Source of the DNA: a virus
Direction: 5' to 3' (one strand)
DNA length: 41,394 nucleotides
IMG/VR virus record: IMGVR_UViG_3300037054_000114
Span: 1-41,394 of that record
This document shows, piece by piece, positions 36,278-41,394 of the stretch. The notes under the pieces were generated by a model. That model was not told where the DNA came from. It did no database searches and was given only the letters and a program-made list of their open reading frames with translations. The position numbers and the translations under genes were made by a program. Within the stretch, counting starts at the first letter, position 1. Every line of letters begins with the position of its first letter.

Positions 36278-38776
36278 CTATGCGCCCTTCCACAATGATT
36301 TCTCTTGATACTCGCAAAGTAGGTTCGTCATAGTCATTCCGGCAAATGTTCCGCTGACGGTTAGCCCAAGATACACACCCGAACCACCAATGGCATTGTT
36401 GCTGGCGTCGTTGGAACCACCCGTCACATGGAAGCCGGCTGTTATCGCAAGATTGTAATTATTGCTCGCGTTTTCGGTATCGACCGACATTGTGACGTTG
36501 TTGGAACCAAACGCTTGATTATAGGAAAAGCCGGCTCGGATAACCGCCTTGCCCTGCACGGCATTGCCATGGTGCGTCAATGCCGTCTGGATTTTCCAAT
36601 TGATGGCTGCGGTACGCGCCACCAGTTGCGTCACATCCGGCCCGGAGCTGCCATAGAGCGAGTTTTGTCCCGTGGCGAGCGATGCCGACGTGGCAATGGC
36701 AGTCAGTGAGCTGCCCTGTTGCAACACCCACCACCGCTTGCCGTCGAATGTCAGCATGATCGAGCGCGTGGTAGATAGCGGGTCTTTGTACCGGACCAGA
36801 AACACCGCGTTGTGAATGGCGTTGATGTCGGCCAAGGCCCCTTGCGGCACCTGGGTAAAGTCAACCAGCTTCCAAATGCCGTCCATATCGCCGGACAGTT
36901 TTTGCACGCTACTGCCGAACACACCGTAAATGCCGTTGGTGTTGGCAAACATGAACACACGATTGTAGCTGATGCAGGATTTTGGGTAGATTGTGCCCTG
37001 GTCAGATGACAGCGTGAGGATCGTGAACAGCGTTACGTCGCCGGCCTGATTGAGCGAGATATTGCCAATCTGCTTCACCGACTGGTCGCCCATGATGAAC
37101 AGATAATTATTGTACGCGCGTAGTGCGGTTATGGCGTGGATCAAATCGGCATCGGAAATGATAAGCGTACCCGAGGCATCGGCCGCGTCAAAATCATCAT
37201 AGCCGACGTTGCCATAGCTTGCACCCGTGCCGGTCCAAGTCAGCAAGTTGCCGCCGCCTAGCCACACCCGGCCCTGGAACACGGCCAGCGTTGTAAAGGC
37301 ATCGCCGACGATGGTGCTGTTGATGAACGGCCAGACGTGGGCAATGGCGGTTGCGCCCGTGCCTGAACCGATAAGAACCGATGGCGTCAGGTCGTAACCC
37401 GAGCCTTGCGAAGCGATGGTGGCAAGAATTGTCGGATTTGCCGAAAATGTCGCACCAACAACAGCTATGGTTGGCGCGGTAACGTAGTTCGATCCGCCGG
37501 CCGTTATGAAAACGGAAATAACACCAACAGCAGTGGCGCCTGTGTTGTCGGTGTAGTTGCCGATTGTCGCGGTCCCGGTCGCACCCGAGCCGCCACCGCC
37601 CGTGAAACTCAGCGCAAACGTACCGGGAGTGGATGAAATACCCTGAAAGGCAATAGCCAAGGCAGTCACGGCAGAGGCATTGAGCGCAATAGTATTGACC
37701 ACGCCGCCAGATATTGTCGTGGTGGCCACTGCACCCGAGCCGTTGCCGTCGCTGGGGGTGATGATGGCCGCGGGCGGGGCCGAATACAGCGTGCCTCCCG
37801 TGTCGAGAACAATCGTCGCGACACTTTCAGTTCCAAGTGTTGCTCCAATAACGGGGGCCGGCCCGCCTGTAGTAACGAGAAAGAAAGTCGGCGGCGACGT
37901 GTAGCCCGACCCTGGCGATGTAAGAACAACTGCCGAAATGTATCGGCCCGAGCCACCAAGCGACGAGACAACACAATACCCTCGCGCGCCCGTGCCACCA
38001 CCGCCTGTGGAAGTCAAAGTATGAATGCCAACCCCGGCCGGGCCGGTGAAAGTACCCGGATTGATAATTTGCAGCGAAGCGACAGGCGAACCCGTCATGG
38101 TCACATGCGCAGTAGCACCCGAGCCGGGGCTGGTGCCAATCACCACAGTCAGTACATCGGTGACCTGATAGCCGTGGCCGGGATTGTCCAAGATGATTTG
38201 AATGATGGAGCCGTTCTGCACCACCGCATGAGCCGTGGCGCCCGAGCCGCTGCCGCCCGTGATGGTGATTGAAGGCGCGGCACCATAGCCGCTGCCACCG
38301 TTCGTGACAGTGATGTTTGGCGATACCCCGCCCTGACCCACAAAAATCGTGCCGTCGAATGTCGAATAACCGGCCTTGGAATCGGCAATCAGCAACCGCG
38401 ATGCCTGCCATGTCGTTACGTCAGGCTGTGCACTAAATGTGCCGTCCGGGGCAAACTGCCCTACCGCACCCGTTGCGATATTGAAAAGATACCCAGCGCC
38501 AACCGTCGTGAACGCCACGAAATAATCCACGCCGAGTAGTGCGGCGTAAAACATCGTTGAAATGTTTTCGCCAATTGTCGCGAGCGCAGCCGCGGCCGGT
38601 GCCGGAACAGCCGTGAGATTATTGCCGGCAATCGGTTGCAGGTTTTCCAGCCACGCAAGTTCCTTTTCCGACAACGATTGCCGGATGGATTGCGTGTTCA
38701 TCTTCTCGAAGTTCTCGTAAACGATGAACTTCGTCTGATCGCGTTGATCGCCGCCTGGCTGCGGAAGGCCGGCCAT
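36278..38776 (-). CDS. Large tail protein (832 aa), nozzle/tail-tubular-B-like position, with an inserted array of G-x-G-Y repeat modules
   Basis: Second gene after the Gp49-like protein, and the largest virion-module ORF. Residues about 150-470 hold 5-6 modules such as VTNGGSGYGAAPSITITGGSGSGATAHAV. The functional name rests on position only. Confidence 0.5.
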   Translation of the reverse strand: MAGLPQPGGDQRDQTKFIVYENFEKMNTQSIRQSLSEKELAWLENLQPIAGNNLTAVPAPAAAALATIGENISTMFYAALLGVDYFVAFTTVGAGYLFNIATGAVGQFAPDGTFSAQPDVTTWQASRLLIADSKAGYSTFDGTIFVGQGGVSPNITVTNGGSGYGAAPSITITGGSGSGATAHAVVQNGSIIQIILDNPGHGYQVTDVLTVVIGTSPGSGATAHVTMTGSPVASLQIINPGTFTGPAGVGIHTLTSTGGGGTGARGYCVVSSLGGSGRYISAVVLTSPGSGYTSPPTFFLVTTGGPAPVIGATLGTESVATIVLDTGGTLYSAPPAAIITPSDGNGSGAVATTTISGGVVNTIALNASAVTALAIAFQGISSTPGTFALSFTGGGGSGATGTATIGNYTDNTGATAVGVISVFITAGGSNYVTAPTIAVVGATFSANPTILATIASQGSGYDLTPSVLIGSGTGATAIAHVWPFINSTIVGDAFTTLAVFQGRVWLGGGNLLTWTGTGASYGNVGYDDFDAADASGTLIISDADLIHAITALRAYNNYLFIMGDQSVKQIGNISLNQAGDVTLFTILTLSSDQGTIYPKSCISYNRVFMFANTNGIYGVFGSSVQKLSGDMDGIWKLVDFTQVPQGALADINAIHNAVFLVRYKDPLSTTRSIMLTFDGKRWWVLQQGSSLTAIATSASLATGQNSLYGSSGPDVTQLVARTAAINWKIQTALTHHGNAVQGKAVIRAGFSYNQAFGSNNVTMSVDTENASNNYNLAITAGFHVTGGSNDASNNAIGGSGVYLGLTVSGTFAGMTMTNLLCEYQEKSLWKGA

Positions 38777-38778
38777 GG

Positions 38779-39753
38779 CTACCTCGATACGCGGCGCTGG
38801 AATGTCTTGTTGTACGGGTTCGGTATTCGCACCGGACCTTGGCCGTAAATGATCTTGGGCACACGGGCCGAATAGAGTTTCAGGTAGTATTCAGCCTGAT
38901 TGAAGTTCTGCAATTTGTTCAAGCAGTAGTGCGCCGCGTAGTACTTCACCGCGTCGGTGAATGGCGGCAAAATTTGAACCTCGTAATCGGTCGTGTTCAC
39001 TAACGGAATTGGCGTCTGCAACACGTCCCATTCGGTCTGGTATGCCTGGTCCGGCGGCGGTTGAATAACAACTGTGCTGGTGGACGGGTGAATCGTCCAA
39101 ACCATGCCGCGCTGGTAGAAGCCGAGCTGAGAGCGCATGTAGGCTTGGTACAGCGTGAAGCCACGAAATCGCAGCATGTACCGCTGGTTACCCCAGATGT
39201 ACGAAATGGAAACGACATTGAACACATTGTTGAACATCACCGTGCGAGCAGTGGCTCCACTACCCCCACCCGAATCAGTAATAGTGATAGCCGGTAGCGC
39301 AGCACCCGAAATAAGCGGGATAACCGGCGTGTACCCAGTGCCCCATTGGGTGACGTTGATGGATGTAATGACACCATTCGCAATAACCGGGACTGCAAGG
39401 GCTGTTGTACCGCCCGCAGGAGCCGCGGGGAATGTCACGGTCGTTGCCGCTGTGTAGTTGGCACCACCTGCGGTAACCGTCGCACCAACAATCTGCCCGT
39501 TAAGCACACTGCCGGGAGCGCCGGTCATCGGGTAGACTTCCTGCTGGGCAATTGTGCTGACGGGATTATAAGCGCCGGGATTGGCCACACCATTTGGCGC
39601 GGTCAAATAAGCAGTTCGGCAGCATTGAAAATCAAGCGCGGTAACTTCACGCGCATTGTTGATGGCGTTTATCAGTTCGGCTTGACTGAAATCCGCATTG
39701 GTCTGGTCATGCAGCAGGAATTGAAGCTGCGTGATGTAATCGGAGAGTTGCAT
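38779..39753 (-). CDS. Virion protein (324 aa), adaptor/tail-tubular-A-like position, with G-x-G-Y repeat modules
   Basis: Contains VTAGGANYTAATTVTFPAAPAGGTTALAV and TQWGTGYTPVIPL...ITITDSGGGSGATARTV. 2 nt upstream of the 832-aa gene. Confidence 0.5.
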   Translation of the reverse strand: MQLSDYITQLQFLLHDQTNADFSQAELINAINNAREVTALDFQCCRTAYLTAPNGVANPGAYNPVSTIAQQEVYPMTGAPGSVLNGQIVGATVTAGGANYTAATTVTFPAAPAGGTTALAVPVIANGVITSINVTQWGTGYTPVIPLISGAALPAITITDSGGGSGATARTVMFNNVFNVVSISYIWGNQRYMLRFRGFTLYQAYMRSQLGFYQRGMVWTIHPSTSTVVIQPPPDQAYQTEWDVLQTPIPLVNTTDYEVQILPPFTDAVKYYAAHYCLNKLQNFNQAEYYLKLYSARVPKIIYGQGPVRIPNPYNKTFQRRVSR

Positions 39754-39756
39754 TCA

Positions 39757-40062
39757 TCACGCGGCAGCCGCCAACTTTGACCGCAGCAAATAACCCTCAA
39801 GCGCCCAAATTTTGCTGCGGGCATTGTCGCGTGCGATCTTGCGGCCGATCCCTTCATCAAAGTTTTCAGGCGAAGCCGCGGCACTTTCCCCAATCACATG
39901 AAACCCGTTGCGCAGAGTGAGCGCACAAACAGTAAGACTTGTGTTTGGGAAAACGTAATAGGCTTCCTTGGCGATTTGAGCGTCAATGTGCGCCGGGTTG
40001 AGCCGCGGTGCATTGAGTCCCTTGTCCTGAATTTCTTTCTCGATAGCCTGTTCGTCACGCAT
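39757..40062 (-). CDS. Gp49-like phage protein (Phage_gp49_66 family pattern)
   Basis: ...LTVCALTLRNGFHVIGESAAASPENFDEGIGRKIARDNARSKIWALEGYLLRSKL matches the remembered family pattern. Confidence 0.7.
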   Translation of the reverse strand: MRDEQAIEKEIQDKGLNAPRLNPAHIDAQIAKEAYYVFPNTSLTVCALTLRNGFHVIGESAAASPENFDEGIGRKIARDNARSKIWALEGYLLRSKLAAAA

Positions 40063-40097
40063 GGCATTCTTCCTCTTCGGGTTGCCAAAGTTAAGTT

Positions 40098-40535
40098 TTA
40101 ACCCCCCACCTGACTGCGCGCTTTTGTCACACGCGGCACGTCCCGCATAAGGCCCTCGGTAGGGACATCCTGTTCGGCCGGCACCGGCACTTTCGGGTCC
40201 GGGTCGGTGGCCGGCACCAGCTTGAACGCAATGGCCTCGATCTTGAGCTTGTCGAAATACTCCTGCGCCAGCGTCTTGTTGGTTTCGGCATTCTGCTGCA
40301 CATGCTTGGGCGTATTCCAGCCCTGCCGGCGGCAGATATAGCGGAACATGGTTTCCGGATCCACATCGGGATGGTAGCCGAGAATGTGCGCGGCCATGTC
40401 CAGCGGCAGGTTGTCGGACTGCCCCGGCATAAGTCTAAACGGCACGCCATCGGCCATATCGGTAAATGGCGTCTCAAGGCCGTTCGTGACCTTCACATAG
40501 CGGACGCGCTGCTGTGCGAGTTCGGCTGGGTTCAC
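40098..40535 (-). CDS. Hypothetical virion-module protein (145 aa)
   Basis: 4-nt overlap with the upstream gene. Confidence 0.6.
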   Translation of the reverse strand: MNPAELAQQRVRYVKVTNGLETPFTDMADGVPFRLMPGQSDNLPLDMAAHILGYHPDVDPETMFRYICRRQGWNTPKHVQQNAETNKTLAQEYFDKLKIEAIAFKLVPATDPDPKVPVPAEQDVPTEGLMRDVPRVTKARSQVGG

Positions 40536-40852
40536 GGCGTTATCGGAGTCGTGGTTGCGGGGTTTGTGCCGAAAATGCCCGTAGAGGGCGCCGGGGTTAC
40601 CGGGATTACAGCCGGCTTGGGCGGCGCTACCGGCGGCGGCGCGGCACTCGGAACCGCACCAATCGGCAGCGGCGTCGAGCCAGCAACAACCGCAGCATGT
40701 AACACATCGGCAAAGGTCAGCGGACGCAACTTGCCGTCCATGAGCTGATACACCTTGGTCTTGGTGACGATGTAGACGTTGCCGTTTTTCAGTTCCGTCA
40801 CCGACAAAATCTCTGCCGGCGCGGTAGTTACATCAACTGTAGAGGTTGCCAT
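40532..40852 (-). CDS. Hypothetical protein with a Pro/Ala-rich C-terminus (106 aa)
   Basis: ORF 11 nt downstream of the wrap-around gene. Confidence 0.6.
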   Translation of the reverse strand: MATSTVDVTTAPAEILSVTELKNGNVYIVTKTKVYQLMDGKLRPLTFADVLHAAVVAGSTPLPIGAVPSAAPPPVAPPKPAVIPVTPAPSTGIFGTNPATTTPITP

Positions 40853-40863
40853 TGCGATTTTCC

Positions 40864-41394
40864 TTATTGTACGCGCGGCTGGATAAGACAGGTCGAATTG
40901 GCGTTGGAAGTAACGGCCACAAGAGCCGTTGACGCCACACCACCCGCACCACCCGTAAATGTCACGGCCGGGGCCGAGGTATAACCACCGCCAGACTGAT
41001 ACATATGGATGCCAAGGAGCGTGCCCGAACCAGTGAGCGCAATCGACGTGAGCTGTGCGCCCGTGGCCGACGTGTTCTGATTGCCCGACAAGGCATTACC
41101 CGGATAGACAAGACCCGGAGCCGGAACAGCACCAGCGGCGACGCCGCCTGACGGGCCGCCCTGGTAGATCGGCGTCTGCGGCACGATCCAGAAATTCGGG
41201 GTGGCCGCATAGCCAGCACCGGCATTAACCATCGTGACCGACGCAATGCCCGACGAACCGGCTGCGGTCATCACGGCAATGGCCGTGGCCTGAATACCGC
41301 CCGGCGGGGGCGGATCAATGACCAGAACCGGGGGCACAAGGAAGCCCGAACCAGCCTGCGTCACGGTCGGGGCAGCTACGCTGCCACCAATGAT
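40864..41394 (-). CDS. C-terminal part of the wrap-around structural protein (same gene as 1..498)
   Basis: The frame is open from 41394 down to the stop at 40864. The track's start at 41364 is only an in-frame GTG. Contains the modules VNAGAGYAATPNFWIVP and QSGGGYTSAPAVTFTGGAGG. Confidence 0.8.
   Translation of the reverse strand: MIGGSVAAPTVTQAGSGFLVPPVLVIDPPPPGGIQATAIAVMTAAGSSGIASVTMVNAGAGYAATPNFWIVPQTPIYQGGPSGGVAAGAVPAPGLVYPGNALSGNQNTSATGAQLTSIALTGSGTLLGIHMYQSGGGYTSAPAVTFTGGAGGVASTALVAVTSNANSTCLIQPRVQ
41275..41394. repeat. Direct terminal repeat, right copy (identical to 1..120)
   Basis: Base-by-base identity with 1..120. Confidence 0.95.

Overview
The window is a complete, circularly permuted genome of a GC-rich tailed phage. 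The first 120 nt (1..120) are identical to the last 120 nt (41275..41394), leaving about 41.27 kb of unique sequence. The repeat lies inside a coding region, so I read it as an assembly overlap rather than physical virion ends. One structural gene wraps around the junction and is missing from the ORF track.

Layout:
- A long minus-strand late operon runs from about 10795 down to 1, then continues from 41394 down to 22338. Its order is: HTH protein, HNH-AP2 endonuclease, small membrane proteins, large terminase, three small genes, portal, Pro/Gly-rich protein, scaffold-like protein, major capsid protein, wrap-around repeat-bearing structural protein, Gp49-like protein, adaptor/nozzle-like proteins, Gly/Gln-rich and helical internal-virion-like proteins, an exported cluster with tail-fibre-like proteins, and a lysis cassette.
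- Three shorter early-type blocks lie between 10960 and 22249, made of small, tightly coupled genes. They include an XRE-type HTH, a Cro-like HTH, two ribbon-helix-helix-like proteins, a VRR-NUC nuclease and a Gly/Tyr-repeat protein. Three control regions there carry inverted repeats built around TTGACA hexamers.

I found no tRNA, rRNA, CRISPR array, integrase, transposase, DNA polymerase, primase/helicase or reverse transcriptase.

The most unusual region is 25350..31549. It sits where podovirus tail-fibre genes are expected. Five of the eight ORFs there start with Sec-type signal peptides and have even numbers of cysteines. They include both tail-fibre-like proteins, one with about 20 Cys. 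They flank a Wzy_C (O-antigen polymerase/ligase family) membrane protein and three small paralogue-like proteins.

The lysis cassette that follows carries a signal-peptide beta-barrel outer-membrane protein and lacks a recognisable lipoprotein spanin.

All functional calls come from motif recognition by eye, gene order, start/RBS context and third-position GC. No database search was run.
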